Assembly (NCBI GenBank): GCA_963845245.1
Contig: CAWJRJ010000021.1
Coordinates: forward strand, 1-64,000
Reading direction: 5' to 3'
Source of the DNA: Nitrospirota bacterium
GTDB taxonomy: Bacteria > Nitrospirota > JACRHJ01
Length of the DNA: 64,000 nt
In this document: piece by piece, positions 1 through 10,456 of the stretch
Numbering within the stretch: position 1 is the first letter of the stretch
Layout: each line of letters starts with the position of its first letter
Position numbers and translations under genes: made by a program
Notes under the pieces: generated by a model
Databases searched by the model: none
The model's input: only the letters and a program-made list of their open reading frames with translations
What the model was told of the DNA's origin: nothing

Positions 1-243
1 CTTGCAAGAGTAAAAGAGACTGCAAAAAATTGTGATACTATGATCTTTCTAAAAGATGGAAGATACTTTGATCAAGTAATTGCATTACTTAGAGAATATG
101 GATTTCCAGATACGTCACTTTTTGCTATAACTCAAGATGTAGGAACAGATCAGGAAATTGTAGAAAGACTAACTTTAGGCGAAGTCACCAAAGACACTTT
201 TACAACTAAATATTTTTCCATAATGGTGGTCAAGCGTGCATAA
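1..243 (+). CDS. cbiL: C-terminal part of precorrin-2 C20-methyltransferase (CbiL/CobI), 5' end outside the window
   Basis: Tetrapyrrole-methylase C-terminus (IFLKDGRYF...YFSIMVVKR); overlaps the start of the cbiF-like gene. Confidence 0.7.
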   Translation, partial: LARVKETAKNCDTMIFLKDGRYFDQVIALLREYGFPDTSLFAITQDVGTDQEIVERLTLGEVTKDTFTTKYFSIMVVKRA

Positions 244-1004
244 GGTATACTTTGTAGGCTGTGGTCCAGGTGACCCAGAACTAATAACAGTCAAAGCCAA
301 GAAACTAATTCAAAAAGCAGATGTGATAGTTTACTCTGGCTCACTTATTCCACCAGAGATTATCAAAATGTGTAAAAAATCACAATTGCATGACGCCGCA
401 AAATTAGTAAGAGAAGATATCTTTAAAATTCTAAAAGACAATGCACTAAAAGGAAAACTTGTTGTTAGATTACATGATGGAGACCCTAGCATTTACGGAG
501 CAATAAGGGAACAAACTGACAATCTCAAAAAAGAAGGAATAGACTATGAGGTAGTCCCTGGAATAACCTCATTTTTGGCCTCGAGCCGCCGCACTTGGAT
601 GTGAACTTACGCTACCTGGTGTCACTCAAACAATTATTGTAACAAGAGCAGAATCTCGAACAAAAGTACCGAAACGAGAACAAATCTCAGAACTTGCAAA
701 ACACAAAGCCACTTTGATTTTTTATCTTAGTGTTCATTTGGTATCGAATATTGTAAAAGAGGCAATCAAGGGCGGTTATCCAAAATCAACTCCTGTTGGA
801 GTAGTTTATCGCGCGGACTGGAAGGATGAAAAGATAATCACAGGAACTCTACAAGATATTGCAAAAAAAATAAAAGATGAAAAAATAACAAGGACTGCAA
901 TTATAATAATTGGAGATGTTGTTAATCCAAAATCATATGAGTATTCAAAACTATATGACAAAACATTCACTCATGGATATAGAAAAGCTCAAGTAAAATC
1001 ATAA
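236..1004 (+). CDS. cbiF: Precorrin-4 C11-methyltransferase (CbiF/CobM), split by a frameshift near 585
   Basis: VYFVGCGPGDPELIT, RLHDGDPSIYGA, VVPGITSF; continues in another frame as ELTLPGVTQTIIVTR...IFYLSVHL...YSKLYDKTFTHGYR. Confidence 0.9.
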
Positions 1005-1754
1005 CGGACTAACTTTATTTTTAATTCCAATCTTTGTCAATCGTTGATGAAACTTTTCAACATTGCCTGATGCATAAATTTTAAGACTATTTTTTGATTT
1101 CTTCTGTTTCAATATTTTTGAAGCGAGTTGTGCCACTGAGTCTGCCGATCTAGAAATAATATACTAGGAAATAATTCCTTTAAAATTGGTAAAAGAAATG
1201 GAAGATGGGTACTTGATAGGGTAATCACATCTACATTTTTTTCTAAATATGGAGTAATAGTTTTTTTAATTATATTGATTGATACTTGTTTTTTTGATAA
1301 AAATTTTCCAGATTCAACAGGATCAACAAGTTGTGTTGCATTAATTTTTGTAACTTGAATTTTAGAAGGAACATTTATTCTAATATATTTATCAAGAGAT
1401 TTACTTTCTACAACTGATTTTGTTGCAAGTATTCCAATTCGCCCAGTCTTTGTTTTAGAAACAGCCTCCTTTAACGGAGGAAATACACCAATAATTCTAT
1501 CCTTTTTCTCAATATCAAGTAATAATGATGGAGTGTTTGATCCAACTACTATGATGTCGGGATCAAATTTTTCTTGTAATTTTGAGATTGTAGATTTCAT
1601 TATTTTGTTTAACTGGCGAACACCCTTTTTTTGTACCATAGGGATAGTTACCTGATCCGCAAAATAGATGACTATCGGCATTGATCTTTTTTCGTATAGG
1701 TTTTATCACTGATAATGAACCAAGGCCTGAATCAAAGACTACTATCTTTGGCAT
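999..1754 (-). CDS. Glutamate racemase (MurI)-like Asp/Glu racemase family protein, frameshifted
   Basis: VVFDSGLGSLS, YFAD..NYPYG, GSNTPS, IGILATKSVV, LSSTHLP; pieces at 1563-1754 and 1109-1681 plus a tail ending in TGA at 999-1001. Confidence 0.8.
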
Positions 1755-1860
1755 GATTGAGAAAATAATAAAGTCTGATTTACATTTTGTGAGCTAAATT
1801 TAGTCTAGTGTTGAGTATGTATACACCGGCTATTAAGAAGCAACTTTTGGACCTACCCGC

Positions 1861-2503
1861 ATGACCGGCTTCGATAAGACCTGGACTCGACCGGAGTCTG
1901 CTGGCTTAACCGAAAAATTTCGTGAAACTGTAAAACCACAAGGTGCATTCAAACCTAGGATAGAGAGCGCCGTGAACAAATTACAGGGTCAAATATCGAA
2001 GATGGATTCTATGTTGGGCAAACTAAAGAGAAAGAGATGCTCAGTTGTTCAAGAGAATCGTAGCCGCAATGCAACATCACGATGCAGCAACAAGTAGAGT
2101 TCTATCAAATGAACTAGCTGAGATTAGAAAAGTGTCAAAGATGTTAGGAAATGCAAGAATGGCATTAGAACAAGTACAATTGCGTCTAACCACAATACAT
2201 GACCTCGGTGATGCAATGGTAGCAATCGCCCCTGCAATGTCCACAATGAAAGGACTCGAGTCATCACTTGGAAGGTTCATGCCAGAAGCAGATTCTGAAC
2301 TTAATGCAATGACACAAACTCTCAACGGTTTGATGATGGACTCACTAGCAGGTGGAGACTTTAATGTCGATACTGATGCATCAAACAAAGAAACCGAGAG
2401 GATATTGCAAGAAGCATCTGCAGTTGCAGAACAGCAGATTGGCGACAGATTCCCATCAGTTCCATCACCCTCCGGCGTATCGTCACAATCAACAATCGAG
2501 TAG
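1861..2503 (+). CDS. cdvB: CdvB-like ESCRT-III (Snf7 family) cell-division protein, frameshift near 2030
   Basis: Helical Snf7-type sequence (VLSNELAEIRKVSKML, LEQVQLRLTTIHDLGDAMVAIAPAM, RFPSVP) typical of thaumarchaeal CdvB paralogs. Confidence 0.8.
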
Positions 2504-2740
2504 GGAAACTCGGATGGGGAGACTGGCGAATGCGTCTCTTTTTATATTATTTTCATAAGAAAAGATTATCCTCCAAAGATAATATATCAATATTAATTTT
2601 CATCAAGAATTTTCTTTGCTGTTGAAAATATTTTACACTAATAGTCCCATATGAGATGACCATCTGAGTTTTTTATCTGCTAGAATAATAAAAGCAAATA
2701 ATTATTCGCTTGTCATCATTACTCTAAATAAATCATATAT

Positions 2741-3505
2741 TCAAAACTTGTTTTTGTTAAGTCTTGTAAAATAAAATACAACCACTAAAGATGAAATTAA
2801 AGTAAATATTGGATATGGAAATTCCGGAAGCGATTTATCAGGAGAAATTAATTCTCCCCACACTTTTGGATTAGGAATTCTAAGTGGAGAACTTTCAGAA
2901 AGTGCTTCGCCAAGATAAAATCTTACTGGCTACTGAATCATAAACAGATACATAAAAACCATATCGATCAGATCGTCCCACCAGATCTGTCGGGATTCTA
3001 AATTCATATGATTGATGAGGTATAGAAGAATAACGATCATTCCCATCAGAAATTCCTCCGATTCCTATGAAGTCCCTTGAGGAAGAAATCTTTTTGAAAT
3101 TACTATTAAATCTTGCGAATCCGATCCCCCCTGCAAAACAAATGAATTATTATTACCAAGCATTGCTACAAAACAATAATCGTCTGAATCTGCAACTGGT
3201 GACTTGTCATCCTTTCCCATCTATACATATTGTTGCTCTATCAGAATTCTTGCTAAAATGAGTGATACCTACGGCATCAATCATAACGTAAATGTAATTC
3301 TCATGATGAGCTGTTCTGATGTATATGGAACCAGAATTTGTTTCAATTGTATTTGACCTAGATTCCTTCCATTCTCTGACAAAGGACCATTTTCCATCAA
3401 ATACTATATCCTTCATTGCATCACTAATGGTAATTGGAATAGTTTGTGCATAAGCAAGATGAAATGAAAACAAGACTATTACAATCAAGGTTATTGATTT
3501 AACAT
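2741..3505 (-). CDS. Secreted thaumarchaeal hypothetical protein with PEF-CTERM-like C-terminal sorting signal (several frameshifts)
   Basis: N-terminal signal peptide, DGKWSFVREWK; C-terminus reads LPEFPYPIFTLISSLVVVFYFTRLNKNKF* (PEF motif, TM helix, basic tail). Confidence 0.6.
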
Positions 3506-3651
3506 AGGATCCTACTCTCCACTAACATTAACAAATCTATTCATGAAACTATTGCTAAAAATTCTGACCATCTCAAGGCTTACTAAATTAGTCTTTCTCA
3601 TCAATAATTTTTTTCACAATTTCTAATAACTATGTGTGGGTATTTCAGTCA

Positions 3652-4253
3652 ATGAAAAATTACAATCTATCAGCACTACTTGTAGTTATAACTATCGTGG
3701 TAACCATAGGTACTATAGATACTCTTGGTGAATTCAATACTCCACCTGATTCCTCAGGAAAACAATCTGATGGAATTAAAATACTAGGACACTTGGAAAT
3801 AGTGGCAAAAGACAATAGTGGCAATATCAAGGAATATAGACAAACAGACAACATTGTTACTACCGTAGGCAAATCATGTATTGCTGTAAGACTGTTTGGA
3901 GGAAACGGATCACAATCTACTGGTGATAATACAGCATGTGGTGGTTCTACTCTTACAACCAAGTTTACATGGATTGGTATAGGCACCAGCAATACCGTGG
4001 AGACAACTGGTGATACAGCCCTAACTGTTCCATTTGGAAACCGAGGGTTGGAGCAGCAGGATTAATCAATAATACTGGGGTATACAATACAATCCAAAGA
4101 CAGTTCGTAGCTAACAGTTCTGGTACTATACAAGAAGCAGGATTGTTTGACGCATCAACTTTTGGGCACATGTTTTCCCATAAGACTTTTAGTGGAATAG
4201 TACTAAACAACGGTGATGCATTGACTGTAACCTGGAGAATCACATATTCCTAG
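3652..4253 (+). CDS. Secreted hypothetical protein (archaeal), frameshift near 4040
   Basis: Signal/TM N-terminus, GHLEIVAKDNSGNIKEYRQTDNIV; continuation TIQEAGLFD...HMFSHKTFSGIVLNNGDALTVTWRITYS*. Confidence 0.55.
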
Positions 4254-4429
4254 ATTTTGTATTGCCACCAAATTGAGGAACGTTTTTTTAATTTAGTTGA
4301 TGGAAAATTGCTTTCTAGAAATTCTGGAATAATATGAGGAACAAATTAAATAACCCTATATATACAAGTCATTTTCTGTGTCTATTTATTTTACAATTCC
4401 CTTCTCATGCGTGTACTTGGGTGCATTCA

Positions 4430-5964
4430 ATCGGTTGTAGCGGGCGTGAGCCGTGGCTTCGGCGGCGACGGCGGCCCTGCAGCGTCAGCAAGCCTGATAG
4501 CTCCGCAGGGAATCGCTTTTGACCACTCCGGCAACATGTATATTGCCGATACCGGCAATAATCGAATAAGAAAGGTCACACACTTCGGAAACATATCCAC
4601 CGTTGCGGGTGATGGTTATGTTGATGGAACCGGCAATGCGCGTTATAACGGCGACGGCATACCGGCCATCTCCGCTAGCCTTTATTATCCATGCGGGGTC
4701 GCTTGCGATGCCTCCGGAAATATATTTATTGCAGACATGCAAAACAACCGTGTCAGGGAGGTGTCTGCTACGGGTTATATCTCGACGGTTGCAGGCAACG
4801 GAACGGGATCGCTTGGCGACGGCGGCCCGGCCATCTCAGCCACGCTATCATACCCTATGGGGTTGGCCTTCGACTCTTCAGGCAACCTGTACATAGCCGA
4901 TACTGCACGTGGGCGCATAAGAAAGGTTGATTTCTGGCCCGCCCTCGATGCTGCCGTGAGCCCCTCGGGAGCAGGCATTCTGACCATAGGCCCGGAAGGC
5001 GCCGGACCGAGCGGGAGCTATGCCTACGGCGACAAGGTAGACCTTTCTGTGTCTGTCAACAGCGGGTTCAGGTTCACCGGCTGGACGGGCAACGTGGCTG
5101 ACAATACGTCAACATCCACTACAATAACCTTGAGCAATAAGGATGAGAGTGTCACTGCGAACTTCATCCCTACATATAAAGTCAGCGCTTCGTCAAATCC
5201 GGTTGTGGGTGGTTCTGTTGCCGGTGACGGAAGGGGACGGCCCCTTTGATCCGGGCACGGTAGTTCATATTACGGCGACGCCTGCGGCAGATTACCTCTT
5301 TTCAGGCTGGACTGGAGATACCGTAGAAAACTCTAATGCTTCGTCCACAACTGTAACGATGAACGCCGACAGGTCCATAACCGCGAACTTTGTCCGTAAT
5401 GGCATAAAGCTTTCTTATTCACAAGATGGCAAATACGTCACGCTTACTGCAGAAGATTTCCTGAACGGCGATGCTCAGGCAGGAGATTTGGTCTACTTCG
5501 AAGCGAAAAGGCACGACGTAGTAAAAAACAAGGATTTTATAACCAAGTCCAAATCGGTCGTCGTGGACGCGAACGGGTCGTGCCCCACAGCCGTACTTAA
5601 GCTGAAGAACGGCGACTACCAGATAAATGGTTTCTGTAAAACCGCCGGGAAGTCGAGCGCCCTACAGAACTGCACAATTGCATCGGTTGCGGCATTGACC
5701 CCCATCGACAAAGCTGTCGTATACACAGCCACGCCGACAGTAACCTGGGGAGGCTTCACAGGCGCGAGCGGATACATCGTCCAGACCAGTACGAGCAAGA
5801 AATTCCCCGTCGGCATATACACCATTGAAACGGCTGTGGGCAACGTGACTTCCGCAGAACTGCCCTCCCTGACGTTGGGTGCAAAGATGTACTGGCGCGT
5901 TATAGCGATTATTCCTACCGGCAGGTCGGTACCGTCAACACCTAGGCTGGTTACATATAATTAA
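4430..5964 (+). CDS. 5'-truncated surface protein: NHL beta-propeller repeats, two InlB-B/Flg_new-type repeats and a C-terminal Ig/FN3-like domain; frameshift near 5225
   Basis: Repeated GDGGPA..ASL..P.G.A.D..GN.YIADT.N.RIRKV; GFRFTGWTG and YLFSGWTGD...TVTMNADRSITANF repeats. Confidence 0.8.
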
Positions 5965-5973
5965 GAGTGATTG

Positions 5974-5997
5974 AAAAGGGTCCGAAAGGGCCCTTTT
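5974..5997. terminator. Bidirectional intrinsic terminator
   Basis: AAAAGGGTCC-GAAA-GGGCCCTTTT hairpin between convergent genes. Confidence 0.75.
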
Positions 5998-6026
5998 GAT
6001 CATTGCGACTCACGACATGAACGATG

Positions 6027-7370
6027 CTACGCAATGGCCGTCTTTTGCCTCTTGGTCTTCTCGGTTTGATTTGCAAGGAGGTCTTTTATAGTCTCCTCAC
6101 CAAATACTCCGGCAACGGCGGAATCGATCTTTCGCACCACATATTCTGCCTGCGGTAAGCCTCTCGACTGTGTCCCGCCTTCGCCCTCAAATCGCGCGGC
6201 TGATTTTATGACGTCATTGACCAGGATCTTATCGATTGCCTTTGCCGGGAGATAGGATTTGAGCTCGTCTCCGGTCTCGACGACCAGCCCGTCTTTTATA
6301 AGCTTCCCCAAAACTGTCTGAATGGTGCCGGCCGGGGCTCCCAGACTACCGGAAAGGGAACTCAAGGTGGGTAATTTCCGTCCCTGTGCGTGGGCCTCGG
6401 CAATTATACACATAACCGAAATGCCAAGCCGCTCTGTCTCGCGCCCAGTGAGGGATGCCTTGGCTAGCGCAGCCTTGGGGTACTGAGCGTAGAATGACAC
6501 GGCTGCCCCCATGAGGAAGATGAGCCAGCTCAGGTAGATCCAGAGCATAAACACGATCAGTATGGCGAATCCCGAGTATACCGCCGAGTAGTTGGTGGAC
6601 TTTACTACAAAGGTTGTAAAGGCCCAGCCCGATATCTCCCAGATTACACCGGCGAATACTCCGCCTGCAAGTGCCGCGGTGACCTTTACCTTAGTGCTTG
6701 GCATCAGGGCGTAGATGAAGGAGAAGGCTGCGCATGTCGTGAGGTACGGGATAAGTAGTCCGAGCCAGATGAGTACCGTGCCCAGCATGCCGAAGGAAAG
6801 CACGTCTTTCACGACCGTATTGCTTTTAATTGCCGCAGTCAACCCGATGGCCGAAAATATGAGGATGGGCCCTATCAGAAGGACGCTCATGTAGTCGCTG
6901 AATTTGCGTACCATGCTGCGCGGCGAGTGTGCCTTCCAGATGTAGTTCAACCCTTCTTCTATCTTTCCTATTAGTGAGATTACGGTATAGAAAAGCATCG
7001 AAAGCCCGATAGAGCCGAGAACTCCCACCTTCATGTTGTCCACGAACATCGTGATCTGTCCCGCAATCTCGACGCCCTGGTCGCCGAGAGGGGCAAGCAT
7101 CCTTTCAAGGAAAGGCTCGGCCATGCTGTGTACTCCGAATGCCTTTAATACCGAGAAGGTTACTGCTACGAATGGCACTATGGAAAGCAGGGTGGTGTAT
7201 ACAAGGCTTGTGGCCCGCAATGTCAGCGCGCCGTCTGTGTACTGCTTTATAATAAAGTATATGAAGCGTGAAGACTTCAGGGCGAGCGCCTTGCGTCCGG
7301 GCAGTTGAACCGTATCCGGTGTATAGAAAAAATCCCTCAGCTCGACTAACCGTTTCGGAAGTCTGGTCAT
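6027..7370 (-). CDS. YihY/BrkB family inner-membrane protein with C-terminal winged-helix (Rrf2-like) domain
   Basis: ATSLVYTTLLSIVP, IEEGLNYIW, YSAVYSGFAILIVFMLWIYLSWLIFLMGA; C-terminal HTH-like segment. Confidence 0.85.
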   Translation of the reverse strand: MTRLPKRLVELRDFFYTPDTVQLPGRKALALKSSRFIYFIIKQYTDGALTLRATSLVYTTLLSIVPFVAVTFSVLKAFGVHSMAEPFLERMLAPLGDQGVEIAGQITMFVDNMKVGVLGSIGLSMLFYTVISLIGKIEEGLNYIWKAHSPRSMVRKFSDYMSVLLIGPILIFSAIGLTAAIKSNTVVKDVLSFGMLGTVLIWLGLLIPYLTTCAAFSFIYALMPSTKVKVTAALAGGVFAGVIWEISGWAFTTFVVKSTNYSAVYSGFAILIVFMLWIYLSWLIFLMGAAVSFYAQYPKAALAKASLTGRETERLGISVMCIIAEAHAQGRKLPTLSSLSGSLGAPAGTIQTVLGKLIKDGLVVETGDELKSYLPAKAIDKILVNDVIKSAARFEGEGGTQSRGLPQAEYVVRKIDSAVAGVFGEETIKDLLANQTEKTKRQKTAIA

Positions 7371-7490
7371 TTATAACCCCCTGTTATAAACAGAGTTTAG
7401 CATAAATGTCCTTGTTGCGCAGTAGATACCGGAAGATTTGATTGCGAGGGTCAATATGGCTCAACACACACGAAGCGTAGAAATCTGAAA

Positions 7491-7985
7491 TTATTTGGAA
7501 TTATGGGCAGGGGCGGGCCTTAGTGTATCGACGATCTTGCCGATGTCTTCGTTATCAAGGAATTTCAGGTCAACGTCGATGCACTTGCCAGCCTTAAGCG
7601 ACGCCACTACATCACTTGGGGTTTTGCTACGTATATTATTTTTGTCTAGTGGTTTGTGGCAGCTTGAACAGTATATCCTGTAAAGCTCTCTCCCGCTCAG
7701 GAAATCCGGCGGCGCTTCAAGCCTGGTCAATGCGTCAGAGATCGCCTGCACCTCATTCTTGCTCAATCCCTTAAGGTGCGCCATACCTCCGACGTTAGAG
7801 TTTATTGCGGATTGTATTCTGACCGCACGCCTGCCAGCCTTGACCGTGTTCTTAAGGTTATTGTGGCATTTCGCGCAGTGCTTCGCGTAAAGCTGAGCGC
7901 CATTGAGCGTTTCTGCATGTGAAACGGCCACAAATGCCAGCATTAGCGTCAGTAAGACGTTGTATGTGATGTATTGATGTCGCAT
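7491..7985 (-). CDS. Periplasmic diheme c-type cytochrome
   Basis: Signal peptide; two duplicated class I domains with CAKCH and CSSCH. Confidence 0.85.
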   Translation of the reverse strand: MRHQYITYNVLLTLMLAFVAVSHAETLNGAQLYAKHCAKCHNNLKNTVKAGRRAVRIQSAINSNVGGMAHLKGLSKNEVQAISDALTRLEAPPDFLSGRELYRIYCSSCHKPLDKNNIRSKTPSDVVASLKAGKCIDVDLKFLDNEDIGKIVDTLRPAPAHNSK

Positions 7986-8017
7986 TGATTCAGTAGGTAT
8001 GCAAAGAATATGCCTGT

Positions 8018-9270
8018 TTACTGTTGCCTCAACCTTAGGAACGCTAGAGACTCAATGTGGTATGTCTGGGGGAAGAAGTCTATCATCCGTACGGATTCGA
8101 CCTCGTACCTCTCATTCAGTTTCTTCAGGTCGCGCGCGAATGATGCGGGGTTGCATGATATGTATGCGACCCTTTCCGGGGAGATACTCCGATTATCTTT
8201 TTAATCGCGGAGTCTCCAATGCCTTGTCTGGGTGGGTCGACTACCAGGATGTCCACCGGGGCAGACATCCGCAGGGAGTCCACGTTCGAGCGTATGAACC
8301 GGCAGTTGTCTATGCCGTTTAAACTCAAGGTTTCTCTTCCCGTCCGCCACCGCGCCGGGGTTTTCTTCAACCGCTGTTACAGCTGGCGGCATGCATGGCA
8401 AGCGGCAGGGAGAAGTTTCCCGCCCCCGAGTAGAGGTCAAGCACGTTTTTGCCCTCAAGGGGCCGAAGGCGTTTCCAGGACAAGGCGGACCACATCGAGG
8501 TTCAGGTTCCAGTGGCCCTGGAAGAAGCTTGCAGGGGACACAGTATACTTTAGCCCCAAGAGGTCGAAAGTCAAAAACGCATGGCCGTATTTTAGCAGCT
8601 TCTTGTTCTCAAACTCTACGGCCAGACCCAGGAAGCCGCCTCGCAGGAATGCATCTGCGAGCTTGTCCCATCCAGCCTTTGATCTGCCCCTCGCTTTGAT
8701 CAGCGCTACGGTGCCATTATTGCAGGCGAGGTGCAGTTCCCTGATGTCCGTGCCGTCCAGAATTCCACGCGCCTCTTTAAGGCCCTCGTTTATCCCGTGT
8801 ACCATAAGCGGGCATGAGTCGATGTTCACGACGTTGCTGGATTTCTCCCTGAAAAAACCGATCTTTTTACCGGAGACCTTGAACTGAGCCCTGTGCCTGT
8901 AATGCCACGGGTCGCCGGTGAGCGGGTCTGACAACTGGATGTCAAGTCTGGCAATGCGCAGGAGCGATGACTTTAAGACTTCCTCCTTGAGCTTTGTCTG
9001 ATGCTGATAGGAGATGAACTGGAGCTGGCAGCCGCCGCACGTACCGAAGTATCTGCATAGCGGCAAAACCCTTTCAGGCGAGGGCTCCAGCACCTTTGTC
9101 ACGGTGGCGGTGGAATAGTCTTTCTTGTCTTCATCAATGGTCACCTCTACCGTCTCGCCTGGTATGGCGCCCTTTATCATAACGACCTTGCCGTTAAGCC
9201 TCGCAATGGATATCCCGCCATATGCCGGGGAAACAGGTTCTAATATCAGCGCCGACCGGTTATCGTTCAT
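8018..9270 (-). CDS. rlmD: 23S rRNA (uracil-5)-methyltransferase, RlmD/TrmA family (frameshifted)
   Basis: TRAM domain, [13 protein letters not shown]e-S motif, [34 protein letters not shown] spread over shifted frames. Confidence 0.85.
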
Positions 9271-9809
9271 GAACCTTTATTGCTCCCGCCGCCATTCAAA
9301 GTCTTCTCCGGGCAGTTTTTTAAATAATCCTCTACCTGTTTCTTAATGTCTATCATCATGGTTTCATAATCAGGACCGCTGTTTTTGGCCAAGATAGCCT
9401 TTAGCGACTGAAGTGATTTTACGACTGCCTCGATCTTTTCGGATTCCTCTTTTATAGACTCCAGATGTTCCTTGTGACCGGGGTCTCGCTCATCCCTGCT
9501 TATATGGCTCGCATAGCCGCCTATCACGGTCGATGCATTAAGCAGGTAATGCGATAGAGTTATAGTCAGTTGTTTAACGGCGTCAATGGCGCATTCACGC
9601 TTTTCGAGTTCATCTTTAACGCGCTCCGCCTCCCTCCAATAACCGAAAAAAAGGCCGGCAGCCGCGCCAAGTATGCCGAAAGGGACCCCCATGTGCGCCT
9701 GATAGAAACTGTAGGCTAGCATAGCGTAGAGGTGAAGTGCAAAATAACCCGCAACGGCCCCGATAAGGGCAGGCTTCAGTGGCTTGAGTCTGGATGGTGA
9801 GATAGTCAT
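9267..9809 (-). CDS. Membrane protein with an isolated HisKA-like helical domain
   Basis: Two TM helices followed by TLSHYLLNASTVIGGYA (H-box-like); no ATPase boxes. Confidence 0.55.
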   Translation of the reverse strand: MTISPSRLKPLKPALIGAVAGYFALHLYAMLAYSFYQAHMGVPFGILGAAAGLFFGYWREAERVKDELEKRECAIDAVKQLTITLSHYLLNASTVIGGYASHISRDERDPGHKEHLESIKEESEKIEAVVKSLQSLKAILAKNSGPDYETMMIDIKKQVEDYLKNCPEKTLNGGGSNKGS

Positions 9810-9982
9810 TAAGTAAAATATATCAGAATACAGCGCTACATAGATAGATAATATTAACCATGGGCTGACCCTTCGTTACCAGCATGACCCCAGTCTTGAC
9901 GCAACCACCACGTCGCCCGTCAAACTTTCACAGGAAATAAAAGAATATTTTAGAAAGAACGGATAAAAATAAAACAAACCCC

Positions 9983-10011
9983 TTGACAATCAAACAATGC
10001 AGATATATTAT
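9983..10011 (+). promoter_or_regulatory. sigma70-type promoter upstream of the csp gene
   Basis: TTGACA-17 bp-TATTAT. Confidence 0.6.
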
Positions 10012-10170
10012 TTTATCTAGTGGTGCTACGGCGCTATGCCGTAGCTTTTTTTTACGCCTGCGAATTCTTCATTCTTAGGGTACCAAAGTATTACTTAAGG
10101 TTTGAAAAGGTTTGACAGGTTATCGGGTTGACGTGCAGCCGCACGCACCCAAAGAAAAAGGGGTATTGAA

Positions 10171-10368
10171 TTGAAGGGTACAGTTAAGTGGTTCAACGAG
10201 AGCAAGGGTTATGGTTTCATCTCACCGGAGGAAGGCAAGGACGTGTTCGTACATTTCTCCGAAATAAGGATGGAAGGTTTCAAGACCTTGACCGAAGGAC
10301 AGGTTGTGCAGTTTGACGTGACCGACGGCCCGAAGGGCCCGCAGGCATCAAACGTCACGAGTGCATAA
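10171..10368 (+). CDS. cspA: Cold-shock protein (CspA family), TTG start
   Basis: [26 protein letters not shown]1/RNP2 motifs. Confidence 0.95.
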   Translation: MKGTVKWFNESKGYGFISPEEGKDVFVHFSEIRMEGFKTLTEGQVVQFDVTDGPKGPQASNVTSA

Positions 10369-10390
10369 TTAAAAAAGCGCTTAAAAAACC

Positions 10391-10422
10391 AAAAGGCCCC
10401 GGAAATTCCGGGGCCTTTTTTT
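10391..10422. terminator. Bidirectional intrinsic terminator
   Basis: AAAAGGCCCCGGA-AAT-TCCGGGGCCTTTTT. Confidence 0.85.
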
Positions 10423-10456
10423 ATTTCCCTCGCAATCTTCAGAGTGATGCCGGAAC

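Noticed and set aside
1..4420. Archaeal genes as a horizontally acquired island in the bacterium
   Set aside because: Housekeeping-type archaeal content, no mobility genes, and the junction cuts a bacterial gene; an assembly join is more parsimonious.
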